NCBI RefSeq assembly: GCF_004010195.1
Contig: NC_057718.1
Span: 50,377,380 to 50,441,379, forward strand
Direction: 5' to 3'
From: Chiloscyllium plagiosum
Lineage: Eukaryota
Length of the DNA stretch: 64,000 bases
Below the pieces are notes generated by a model. It was given only the letters and a program-made list of their open reading frames with translations. It was not told the DNA's origin and ran no database searches. A program made the position numbers and the translations under genes. This document shows positions 35,460-47,350 of this stretch, in pieces. The number at the start of each line of letters is the position of its first letter. Within the stretch, counting starts at the first letter, position 1.

Positions 35460-37260
35460 CAGAGGGAATAGTTTCCTTCTGTTCACTCTATCAAAGTTTT
35501 CTATCATTTTACATACCTTAAATAGATCACTCCTTAACTTTCTATAGTCAAGGGAATATAGGTTAATTCAACCTCAGAATAGAGCTTTTTATCTGTCCTC
35601 TGGTATTATTCTGGAGAACCAGCACCGCAGCCTTTCTAAGACAAATATCTCCTTCTAGAGCTGCAGCATCTTCAACTAAGCACATTACTCCTGATGGCAT
35701 CATTGCAGAGCTCTGAACAATGTAATATAACTTCAACCCATCTGTATTCCAGTCCTCTTAAGATATAGCCCAAAGTTCCATTAGTTTGTTTAATTATTTA
35801 TTGCATCTCTCTACCAGCTTGCATTTCTGTGCTTAAATGTTTAAATCTCTCTTCTCATCCACAGTTTCTAACTTCTCAACATTCAGAAGATAGTCTAATT
35901 TATCTTTTTTAGTTTTGAAATAGATTACTTCACAATTTCTCACATTCTATTCCATCTGTAACTGTTTCATCTACTCACTAATGGCTCTTTGCAACTTTTT
36001 GTTGCCATTTACATTATTTATAATGCCATCTAACTTGGTTTAATCATTAACCTTAGATAATCAGTTAACCGTTCCTACAACCAAATCATTTCAGATGCAA
36101 TGAAAAGCTGGGGTCCCAGTATTCATGATTGATGACGGACACCAATGCTCCCATTCTGTTAACTGGCATTTATAAGCAATGGGCCAAAATTTGTCTTTTA
36201 CAATCTAACCAATTCATCACCCAGGCTAACAGGTTGCCTTCAATTCTATACTTTCGTTTTTGTTAATTTATTTTGCGTAGAACCTCAAACTCTTTCTGCA
36301 AGATTGCATAAATAACATTTATTGATACTACCATCCTCTGGGTGAAGAAAAATGTCTTTAGATTTCCTCTATACCACTAACTCATCACCTTACACTTGTG
36401 TCCTCTGGTTATGGACATGTCAGCCATGGGGAAAGATTCTCAAGATGTACCCCATTTATGCCCCTCAAACATTTAGATTTAGATTTAGATTAGATTACAG
36501 TGTGGAAACAGGCCCTTCGGCCCAACAAGTCCACACCGACCCGCCGAAGCGAAACCCACCCATACCCCTACATTTACCCCTTACCTAACACTACAGGCAA
36601 TTTAGTATGGCCAATTCACCTGACCCTGCACATCTTTGGATGGTGGGAGGAAACCGGAGCACCCGGAGGAAACCCACACAGACACGGGGAGAACGTGCAA
36701 ACTCCACACAGTTAGTCGCCTGAGGCGGGAATTGAACCCGGGTCTCTGGCGCTGTGAGGCAGCAGTGCTAACCACTGTGCCACCGTGCCGCCCATTTGTA
36801 TATGTCAATCAGATCACCCCCCTACCCCTCCATCCACCCTATCCCAACCCCACCCCAGAGCCTCCTCTGCTCCAAGGTAAACAAACCCAGCCTATTCAGA
36901 CTCTCCTCATAACTGAGACTTTTCATCCCAAGCAATATCCTGGTGCATCTCCTCTGCACCCTTTCCAGTGCAATCACATCCTTTCGATAGTGTAGTGACC
37001 AGAGCTACACACGGTATGGCATCCGTGACCTAGCCAAAGTTTTATAAAGTTATAACAAGACTTCCTTGCCCCTGTATTCTGTGTCCCAGCTAAAGAAGGC
37101 AAATAGCCTTCATACCTTCCTCACCACCCTGTCTGACACATTTAGGGATCTATGGACATGTACGTCAAAGTCCTTTTGTTCTTCAATACTCTTTGAGGGA
37201 CCTACTATTCATTGTGTATATCCTTTCCCTATTAGCCCTCTCAAAATGCATAATTTGTAA
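35460..37260 (-). mobile_element. Two older CR1 fragments (about 35460-36330 and 36330-37260)
   Basis: Reverse-strand CR1 signatures such as tcctggtgcatctcctctgcaccctttccagtgc and ggggtcccagtatt. Confidence 0.65.
36471..36793 (-). mobile_element. Full-length young HE1/V-SINE-type SINE
   Basis: Near-identical to 6591-6901; head gggcggcacggtggcacagtggttagcactgc; (tctaaa)n tail. Confidence 0.92.
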
Positions 37261-37559
37261 GATAGGACCTGTACTTCACAAGTCCTTGCAAATATTCTCC
37301 CTGATGAGCTCATAATTGTGACGTTAGTAATTTTCTAGTCTACTGAAAAAACTTCTGAAAAGTGTTTTGAGAAATCCTGATAAACACACTAACAGTTTCG
37401 TCAGATATTTCTTTTAATACCCTGAGGTGGAAACCATTGGGCCCTAGAGATCTATCTCTAATTATGTTATATTTCCAACACCATGATTTTACTGGGATCT
37501 AGATAGTTCCTTCCCTTGATAATGTTTAGTCTTTGCTGTATCGATTGTACTTATCCCCT

Positions 37560-39820
37560 TTTTTTTTATTCTCTGGTGGAATGTGGGCATTACTGACTGG
37601 TCAGCATTTATTACCAGTCTGTAGTTGCCCTTGAGAAGGTAGTGATAAACTTCTTTCTTAAACAGCTGCAGTCCACCTGCTGTGGGTTGGCCCAAAATGC
37701 CCTTAAGGATTTTGACCCAATGAAACAGAAGAAATGGCAATGCTTGGGGTGGCATGGTGTCTCAGTGGTTAGCACTGCTGCCCCCACAGCACCAAGAACG
37801 TAGGTTCGATTCCTGTCTTGGGTGACTGCCTGTGTAGAGTTTGCATGTTCTCTCCATGTATTTCCACTGGCTGCTTCGGTTTCCACTCACAGTCCAAAGA
37901 TGTGCAGGTTAAGTGGATTGGCGATGCTAATTCGCTTTGTAGTAGTGTGTGGGTGGATGAGCCATGGCAAATGTAGGTTATGGTGATAGGGTGAGGGACT
38001 GGGTTTGTGTCAAACACTCTTCAGAGGGTTGGCGCAGACTTGAAGGGCTGAATGGTCTCATTCTTGTTTGGCACAACATCATGGCTGAAGAGCCTATCCC
38101 TGTGCTGTACTGTTCTATGTGTTATTTTGAAGCCAGGATGATGAGTGGCTTAGATGGGAGCTTGCAGGTGGTGGTGTTCCCATGTATCTACTGCCCTTGC
38201 ACTGCTAGATCATAGTGGTCATGGGCTTGGAAGGTGCTGTCTTATGTTCTTTGGTGAATGCCTGTAGTGCACCTTGTAAGTGGCATATACAGCTGTTACT
38301 GATCATTAGTAGTGGAGGGAGTGGATGTTTATGGATGTGGTACCAATCAAACAACCTATTTTGTCTGGGAAGGTGTAAAACTTCTTGAATGTTGTTGGAG
38401 CTGCACCAATCCAGGCAAGTGGAGAGCATTCCATCACACTCTTGACTTGTGCCTTCAAGATGGTGGGCAGGTTTTAGAGAGTCAGGAAGAGAGTTACCTA
38501 CTATAAGATTCCTAGGCTGTGATGTTATATCGCTAGTTCAGTGCAGTTTCTGGTCAAAGGTAATCTGCAGGATACGGATAATGGGGACCTTCACAATGGT
38601 AATGCCATTGCTTGCTAAAAGGTGATGATTAACTTTTTACTTGCTGGATATGGCAACTGTCTGGTGTTTGTGTAGCATGAATGTTACTTGCCACTTGTTT
38701 GCCCAAACCTGGATATTGTCCATGTATTGCTGCATTTGAACAATGGACTGTTCGATTATCTGTGGAGTCGTGAATGATGCTGAACATTGTGCAATCACCA
38801 GCGAATATCTCCACTTCTGACCTTACAATGGAGGGACGGATACTGAAGGAACAGCTCAAAATTGTTCGGACGAAGACACTATCTTGAGGACTTCGTGCAA
38901 CGATGTATTGAAATTGAAATAACAGACCTCCTGCAATTGTAGCCATCTTCTTATGTGTCAGGCATGACTCCAAGCAACTGAGAGCTTTCCCTATGATTCC
39001 CTGTAATTCTATAATATAGAGTTCCTTCCTGCCACAATCTGTGAAATACAGCCCGTTGTCAAGGGCAGTCATTCTCACCTCTGGAATTCAGCTCTTTGGA
39101 GTATGTTGAAGATAAGGCTGTTATTAGGTCAGGAGATGAGTAGACCTGATGGAATTCAAACTATGCTTCAGTGAGTAGGTTATTGCTGAGTAGGTGCTGC
39201 TTGATAACACTGGTGATAACACTTTCTATCACTTTGCTGATGATCAAGAGTAGGTTGATAGTGTGGTTGTTGGTTGGGTTGGATTAGCCTTTCTTTCTTT
39301 GTACAATACATATATGGGCAATTTTCCACATAGTTAGATATATACCAATGTTGCAGCTGTACTGACACACTTTGCTAGGGTTGGCAAGTCTTCAGGACTG
39401 TGGCTGGAGTTTTGTCAGAGCCCATAGCCTTTGCAGTATTCAGTGCCTCCATGGTATTACATGGAGTGAATTGTATTGGCTGAAGGCTGGAATCCGTAAT
39501 GCTGGGGACCACTGCAGGAAGCTGAAATGGATCATCCAGATAACACTTCTGGCTGAAGATTGTTGCAAATGCTTCAGTCTTGTCTTTTGCATTCATGTTC
39601 TGAGCTGCATGGGAATATCCATCGAGCTTCCTCTCCAGAAAGTTGTTTAATTGTCCAACACTATATATCTTGGATGTAACAGAACTACAGATTTTAGATT
39701 TGGTCTGTTGGTGACATGCTTTAGCTCTGTCTATCACTTGCTCCATATGCGGTTTGGCACTCAAATAGTCCTGTTTTGTGGCTTCATCAAGTTGACAACT
39801 CATTTTGTGTGCATATTTTT
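37560..39820 (-). mobile_element. Second CR1/L2-group LINE, ORF2 and 3' end, with nested SINE and CR1 tail at 37748-38125
   Basis: DKTEAFATIFSQKC, KAMGSDKTPATVLKTC, PQDSVFVRTI…IVRSEVEIFAGDCT (degenerate PQG and FADD motifs). Confidence 0.8.
37748..38060 (+). mobile_element. HE1/V-SINE-type SINE, diverged
   Basis: ggtggcatggtgtctcagtggttagcactgctgcc…ggttcgattcc…cagtccaaagatgtgcagg. Confidence 0.85.
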
Positions 39821-40749
39821 CCAATAACAGCTCTTCCTTGAAAAAAAAGTTTGGAATTCAATAAAAATGTCCACAGCATTTCAGGGTTATGGTGCACGGT
39901 CACGACTAAGAGCTGCAGTTCAGTGAAAATGTCATTCACTACCTCATCCATATTCAAATGCTTGCCTTCCTTTTTTGGTTTCATGGTTGTAGATGTTGTT
40001 TTATTAGAGTAAAATGATTTTTGCTCCTTTCTTTTTGTTTGGTTCTTTGCTCTGACTTTTTATTTTCCTACTTCTATTTTACTCATTTTTTACAGCTGTG
40101 GCCATCTTAAAAAATGTTGTTGGGTGTGGCTTGAGCCTTTAATTCCTTAGTTTCCCCAACTTATTGATACAAATGATTATTTAAATTCACATTGAAAAGT
40201 ATATATAATAACATATGTCAGAGTCTCAATGTATATGAGAAAAATGTTTAATAGTATATTTTGTATTAGATGCAGTAATACCAGCCATAATCAAAAACAT
40301 GTTTTCACCAGTTATGGAAATTTAACAGGGAAGAGCTGTTTGCAATTATATCATTTTATGACAGCTTGAATTAAAAATATACTTAAAGTTAAAACATTTT
40401 ATTAAACTGAATGTGCAATCAGGAAAATGCATTACCTTTAATATTGGATGTTATTGTATTCAACTTATGGTAAATCATTATTTAGTTTTGAAGTAATTCA
40501 TACTGACATCCTGAGATTTTCAAACTGAATTGACAGCCCACTGGCATTAAAAGGCAATTGGGTTGCACAGATTTCATCTAATAGGTTTAATTAGTGTTTG
40601 AAAGGCTCAGAAGTTGTGTCACAACACAGTCCATAACTCATTAATCAAGACAACATTTTTGTGCCAACACAATATATAATTAATGTGACTACTAATAATC
40701 AGAAACAAAATTGTTTGCCTGTTTAAGCTTTATTAAAGACTTGAATTAT

Positions 40750-40870
40750 CACCTAGTTTTTCCTACATCACAACTGTGACTACAAATTTAAAGTTTGATG
40801 TCAAGAACTTTACAGCTCCCTGAGGTCATGAAAGAGGCTTTTTTTATCCAAGTCTTTCCTTTATCTTTCT
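40750..40870 (+). mobile_element. DeuSINE/AmnSINE-like 3' tail remnant (reverse copy near 59305-59420)
   Basis: tttcctacatcacaactgtgactaca…cctgaggtcatgaaagaggc…aagtctttc resembles that tail as I recall it. Confidence 0.45.
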
Positions 40871-42229
40871 TCCTGTTCTTTATTCAACTACATTTGTATG
40901 CTGGCAATTCCAATTGTTCAACTTTTATACATGTGCAGTTGATCGGATAACAATGTAACCAATGTTCAGCTATTTGAAAATTAAAGTTAATGACTTAAAT
41001 GTTCTTAACCTGAAAAATACAAACATATAGAATAAGATTTTTTTTTCTGGTCCATTAGGCCTCTTTTCAGCAATGATGTGAAATGTACTTCACTGTGGAT
41101 TCTTTTTAAAATATTTAGTATTCAGAGTGTGATAATCTGCTATAAATATAGTTTCTAAGAAGATCGCTCTCTGTAATATATCCTCCTAGCTATGAATATG
41201 GTCCACATGACTATTAATTTCCTATAACTAATGCAACCGTAACCAGTTGTATTCCACAAATAGAACCTTTTTTCAAACAGTACTTTGTGTTTGATAGTAT
41301 GTCAGATTTGATGTCTACACTTACTCTTATATCAGTAAATACTGTCCTTTACCACATGACAATCCCAATTATTTTTAAATGAACTAATCAACATAGACTT
41401 CCTTCAAAACTGCTCAACACACCAGCTAATATTGGGAATAAAATCTTTCTAATTCATGTGCCATTGCTGGGCTTGTTAAGTTTACATTCAAGTCTTGTTC
41501 TGTTCTCACAACCGCTTGTTTAAATTTATATTTTGTCTAGACCTCTCAGCATTTACTTCTCTCCTTACTTTTTTTCAACCAGAAGTAAGTTTCATTCTTT
41601 CACTAGCTCCTTACAAAGATAGATGCATTTACCACATGTCACGCCACTTATCCCTTGTCCACTTTATCCTGAAGAATCCTGTATAACATTGCAGAAATTG
41701 ATATTGTGATAGTACTTGCTGAGACAGAATTGATCTTATTGTTTTTTTTTCTTAAATGTAAGGCATACTCTTTATTTTCAGTTCATTTTGATCTTTGCAT
41801 TTTATTGTGAATACAATACATCTTAGAGGCTTTGAGGATGGCTGCGACCAAATATGCTGGGTAGAGAATTTATCCAAGCAAAATATAAACATTCCAGCAA
41901 AGCATGTGTGCACCAAAACTGAGGTTGATGAAATCCTGAAAGGGATTTCTGCCAGAATTTGGATTTTGGCAAACTGACAAATACAAGGATTGATATTTTG
42001 TGAATTTGTGGGGATTAATTCTTGTTGAAGCTTCACAGATGGATACTTCATTATATTCTGCCCATAGCTTTCTTGTCAAAAAATAAATAAATGCTAGTGC
42101 ATATTATAGACAATCATCCATTTAGCCAGGCACTGTTTGTACCTCAGTTTGCTAAGTACTGGAGACTGTAGGAAATGAAGACTTGACAGCATCGTGGAAT
42201 GATTTTCATATTGATTCATGTTTAATGGT

Positions 42230-42460
42230 ATGAAAGAAGTAAAACTGCCATGGCCATTCTAACAGATGAGAGACCTAACAAACAATCAAGGTATTTTCCA
42301 ATGTATAATTTCAGTTACATCACTCTGTAAACTTTTGCTATAAATTCTGTGTGTTACAATTGAGCCCTCCACAACCACCTGATGAAGGAGCAGCGCTCCG
42401 AAAGCTAGTGTTTCCAATTAAACCTATTGGACTATAATCTGGTGTTGTGTGATTTTTAAC
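42230..42460 (+). mobile_element. Solo PLE family-B terminal repeat
   Basis: Matches 22690-22915. Confidence 0.85.
42376..42410 (+). ncRNA. Best-preserved family-B hammerhead motif
   Basis: CAC-CTGATGA-A-GGAGC/AGC/GCTCC-GAA-AGCT-A-GTG; stem I CAC/GTG. Confidence 0.8.
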
Positions 42461-42772
42461 TAGGTTTCTATAGACATTGAAATGGCATAATTGCCATTTT
42501 TGACTAAAATTGTGCAAAATAGGGCGAAGATGGAACAATGGAATTACAGCTCCAGTGCTACTATAAAGTGAAAGGTAATCCTTGGCATGAATAAACATCC
42601 ACTCTAAGAACTGTTCTCTCTCATTAATTGGAATGAACTTTGATTTAAAAGTGGCACAGTAAAGAACATTTATATTTTCTTTGAAGGATATTTGAACTCA
42701 TAATTGTTCTTAAGAACCTTCAAAACAATTTGTAAGAGTTGACATCAATTATAAAGGGATCAGGTGTAATTT

Positions 42773-43045
42773 CATAGAGTCATATAATCCCTATAGTGTG
42801 AAATAGACCCAACAGGTCCACACCGACCTTTTGAAGAGTAACTCACCCATTCCCCTACCCTATTACTCTCCATTTACCCCTGACTAATGCACCTAGCTTA
42901 CATATCCCTGAACACTATGGGAAATTTAGCATGGCTAATCCACCTAACCTGCACATCTTTGGATTGTGTGAGGAAACCGGAGCACCTGGAGGAAACCCAC
43001 ACAGACACGAGGAGCATGTACAAACTCCACACAGACAGTCATCTG
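42773..43045 (-). mobile_element. HE1/V-SINE-type SINE, 5'-truncated
   Basis: cacctaacctgcacatctttgga…gaaaccggagcacc…aactccacacagacag. Confidence 0.85.
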
Positions 43046-43364
43046 AGTGACCTGGCAATAAATATCTTTGATGGGAGAGAAGCACCAGAAAGAAAGAAGT
43101 TAAGAAAGAAGTTCGGTGGTTAAAAGACACAAAGGAAAGCTGCAGATTTGCAGAAGAGTAGAGGAAATTGAGCATGAAAGTGAACACCACATGGTTGTAA
43201 ATACAAAATGGAAGCAAATGTACCTTAAATGATATTCAATTAAATTACTGCACTCAGTCTAATCTCATCACAGATCCCCACCACTGGCAGCAATAGTAAG
43301 TAGACCCGTATTTGTTCGTAATTCTTCCTCCCAGGGGCCACCAAACCGAAAGACACAGTCCTCA

Positions 43365-44040
43365 CAGCTAAACAAAGGCCCTGAATAATATAGCCAATAT
43401 GTCTACATCAACATAATTCAAAAGGGACCACCATGATCTACAAAACAATTCCATCTTTTGGTGCACCATATTCGTGAGGAAGTCCACGGGTATGTGTTCC
43501 ATGGCTATCCTATACCAACTCAAGTATCCTGGGGGATTCTTTGACACCCAGCTCATTAGAATGTTCTTCCTCGTGCAACAAGAAAGAATATTAAACAATT
43601 TCTTCCCATGTGCATTCAGGGAGGGAAGATTTGGGAGACCCAAAAGGAGGGATACTGGATCCAAGCTAACATCAGTTCCCAAAACCTTTACCAAAACACT
43701 CGCTATGTCATCCCAATATTTGCAGAACTTGTGGCATGACCACAAGCAGGGAGTAAGAGTACCGACCTCCATTTTGCACTTGGAGCACACTGGAGACACT
43801 CCTGTCTTGAATTTCACAAGCTGTTCTGGTGCCAGGTTGGCCTTATGAAGTCCCTTCAGTTGAATAGTTTGGGTCCTATTACAAGTCAAGATCTTCCTAA
43901 TATTTTCCCAGATATCCTCCCAAATCTCTGAGGACATTTACACCCCTTATTCTTAAATCCAGGTTTTATATAGTCATTCAATGTCCTTTGAAATATTACT
44001 ACCTAATAAGTGATAGAGAGTGCTAACCGAGAGGGCGCCA
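43365..44040 (-). mobile_element. L1-clade LINE ORF2 C-terminal (Cys-rich) fragment
   Basis: ORF 43368..43937: WEDIWENIRKILTCNRTQTIQLKGLHK…PVCSKCKMEVGTLTPCLWSCHKFCKYW. Confidence 0.75.
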
Positions 44041-44852
44041 TGGTCATTTCTTAATGTTGGGAGAGGATCATTCCGTACAACTGGTGACAATGGTTTACCA
44101 TTTCCCCATGCAAAGCATAACAGGAAAAATCACAATATTTTTATGCATTGGTAAGAGTCTCCAAACCATTAATTCTCTGGAAAATAGTGCTAAAAAATTT
44201 TACTAAAGGTGAAATCAAGATTATGAGAAACAAATGTTTGAAAGAGAGCAAATATTCATTTTCAAAGAAAATTAAGATTACAATTTAGTATCAACAGATG
44301 TAAAATTTGGTGTAATTTTTAAATATCATTCTAAAAGCAGGATGCCTTATGATAAAAGGAAAGCAACCAAGGGATCATAAAAGCTCTATTAGAATTTGAA
44401 TTCAAAGCAAATTTTAAAAAAGTCTGAAGGAAAGCAACATCAAAGGAGAGCAACATCATTTCACAAATGTTTCCCATTCCACGTTATAAGGTTTGTTACT
44501 GTAGATTCTATGGGAAATCATGGTGGTATCCCCTACCACATATACAAAAGTACCAAGTGACAAAAACCTGGAACAGTATGAAAATTCAGATTTGTAATAA
44601 GGAGGGTCCAAAAATAGAATGCTGGGTACAGAAAATGAACTGAAATTCGTAGAAGTGACAGAAATCACATTTCCAGAGCTAAAAGCAGGATGCAACCACA
44701 CTTCAGCAGTAGAACTCTAGGATTATCAGTGATGTTATGCACCAGACCAAAGCCTCTTCAAATATATCAAGGAGATAGCCTGGCCACTATCTCTTGTCTT
44801 ATTTAAAGGCAAGTGTAAGGTGTTGTTTTCCAGATGTAATTCGATTTAATCA

Positions 44853-46024
44853 ACACAGGAATTCTTGGACATCATCAGAAATATACACATAGACAAGGAA
44901 GAAACCATGGTCTCATTCGACGTAACGGCACTGTTCACGCCTATTGACAAAGCCCTAGCCAGAGAAACAATAGCCAACCTGCTGAACAGACACAACAGAC
45001 AACAGGACGTTGAACCCATCAACAAAGACGGCATACTTAAACTACTGGACTTGTGCCTCACAACACACTTCACATTCAACAACCAGATATACAAACAAAT
45101 CAACGGAACACCCATGGGCTCATCGATCTCGGGACTCATAGCAGAAGCAGTAATGCAAAGGTTAGAACAAACAGTCTTACCACAAATTCAACCCAAACTC
45201 TGGGCCAGATACGTGGATGACACCTTTGTAATCATTAAAAACATGGAAATAGAGAATACACACCGGGTCATCAACTCCACACTCACAGGAATCCAATTCA
45301 CGAGAGAGGAAGAAAAGGACAACCAACTCCCATTCCTAGACATGAGGGTACAGAGAGCAGCTCTATAAAACTTTGGTTAGACCGCACTTGGAATACTGCG
45401 TCCAGTTCTGGTCGCCCTGTTATAAGAAAGATGTTCAAAGTTTGGGTGAAGATTTGTAGCTCGGGTGCTCGTTGCTGTGTTTCTGTTTGCCGAGCTGGAA
45501 GTTTTTGTTGCAAACTTTTCGTCCCCTGTCTAGGTGACATCCTCAGTGCCTGGGTGCCTCCTGTGAGGCGCTTCTGTGGTGTTTCCTCCGGCATTTATAG
45601 TCGCATGTCCCTGCCGCTTCCGTTTCAGCTGTCCACTGTAGTGGCCGGTATATTGGGTCTAGGTCTATGTGTTTGTTGATGGAGTTTGTGGATGAGTGCC
45701 GTGCTTCTAGGAATTCCCTGGCTGTTCTTTGTTTGGCTTGCCCTATAATGGTAGTGTTGTCCCAGTCGAATTCATGTTGCTTGTCGTCTGCGTGTGTGGC
45801 TACTAGGGATAGCTGGTCGTGTCGTTTCGTGGCTAGTTGATGTTCGTGGCAGCGGACAGCTGAAACTGACAACCGGAAGCGGCAGGGACAGGCCCCTATA
45901 AATGCCAGAGGAAACACCACAGAAGTGCTTCACAGGAGGCTCCCAAGCACTGAGGATGTCACCTAGACAGGGGACGAAACGTTTGCAACAAAAACTTCCA
46001 GCTCGGCGAACAGAACCACAGCAG
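44853..46024. mobile_element. Rearranged Penelope-like element, family C: RT (+, to ~45355), ~80-bp CR1 piece, inverted endonuclease C-terminus/pLTR (-), partial pLTR (+)
   Basis: ETMVSFDVTALFT…GTPMGSSISGLIAEAVM…WARYVDDTFVI…LPFLD; - strand HEHQLATKRHD…AREFLEARHS…SINKH. Confidence 0.9.
45947..45986 (+). ncRNA. Hammerhead motif, PLE family C (mutated mirror copy at 45510-45549, -)
   Basis: GCA-CTGAGGA-T-gtcacc/tagaca/ggggac-GAA-ACGT-T-TGC. Confidence 0.7.
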
Positions 46025-46281
46025 AATAGTAGATTATTTAACTGGTAGACAGCAACTGTTCCAGTGACATCCCGTAAACACACTCTTTGTTAAGTCAAAT
46101 TACATAAAACAGATTATCTCACATGAGATTGTGGCAACAGAGACAGAACTCAAGCTTTTAAATGTAGCAGAGAGAGGTGTAGTTGCATTAAAAACCCAAC
46201 AACTACTGAAAGCTAAACTAAAACATTGGTTCTGTGGAAGCCTGACTCCACCCATTCATGCTGCTTCTATTATTCCAAAAA

Positions 46282-47350
46282 TGAATGGATATGGTGCCAA
46301 TCAAACGGGCTGCTTTATCCTGGATGGTGACAATCTTCTTGCTGATGTAGTGAGTACAGTTGAGTTTCTGGTCAATGGTAACCCCCCAGGATATTGACTC
46401 CAGGTGCTAACTCACTGATGGTATCACCATTGAATGTCAAGGGTCTGTGGTTAGACTGTCTCTTATTGGTGATGGTCATAGCTTGGCATTTGTGTGGTGC
46501 AAAAATTACTTGCCACTTGTCAGTCCAAACCTGGATATTGTCCAGATATATTTATATTTGAACATGGGCTACTTCAGTATCTGAGGAGTTGTGAATGGTG
46601 CTGAACATGGTACACTCATCAGCGAACATCCCCACTCGACTTTATGAAAGAAGGACCATCATTGATTTAGCAACTGAAGTTAATTGAGCTTGAACACTAC
46701 CCTGACGAACCCCTGCAAAGATGTACTGGAGCTGAAATGATTGACCTCCAATGACTATGAACCATCTTCAAATGCCTCAGATATGACAACAACCTACGAA
46801 GAGTTTGCCTGCAATTCTCACTGATTCCACTTTTGCTAGGGCTCCTTGATATCACACTTGATTGAATGCCCCTTTAATGGCAAGGGGCAACACTCCCACC
46901 TCACAACCATGTTTGAACCAAGGCTGTGAAGAAGTCAGGCGCTGACTGGCCTAGTTGAAACCCAAACTGGATGCCACTGAGCAGGTTATTGCTGCACAGG
47001 TCCTGCTTCATGGCACTACTGATGATACCTTCCATCACTTTACTAAAGGTTGAGAGTATGATGATGCGGTAATCGGCTGGGTTGGATTTGTCTTGCTTTT
47101 TATGTACAGGACATATCTGGGCAATTTTCCACGTTGCTGGTAGATGCCAGTATTGTGACTGCACTGGAAGAGCTTGGCTAGGACAGCAGCAGTTTCTGGA
47201 GCACACGTCTTCAGTTCTACTGTCGAAATGTTGTCAGGGTCGATAGCCTTTGCAGTATCAACTGTTTCCAACCATTTCTTGATATCACATGGAGTGAATC
47301 GAATTGGCTAAAGACTGGCATCTGTGATGCTGGGGAGCACTGGAAGAGGC
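46282..47350 (-). mobile_element. Second CR1/L2-group LINE ORF2 fragment
   Basis: DTAKAIDPDNISTVELKTCAPE; WKIAQICPVHKKQDKSNPADYR…QFGFQLGQSAPD. Confidence 0.8.

Larger units (their letters stand above)
44733..46281. repeat. Gypsy-type LTR fragment (44733-44852 and 46025-46281) interrupted by a PLE; related to the solo LTR at 62786
   Basis: Starts tgttatgcaccagacc; shares ttccagatg.aatt.gattt, catccc.taaacacac and ctgaaagctaa blocks with 62786-63412. Confidence 0.65.

Noticed and set aside
36720..36793. tRNA gene
   Set aside because: It is the tRNA-derived head of an HE1 SINE, continuous with the SINE body; the same applies to the other SINE heads.
41750..42080. Overlapping short ORFs as a host exon or hAT transposase
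   Set aside because: No recognisable motif or convincing splice-site pair; left unassigned.
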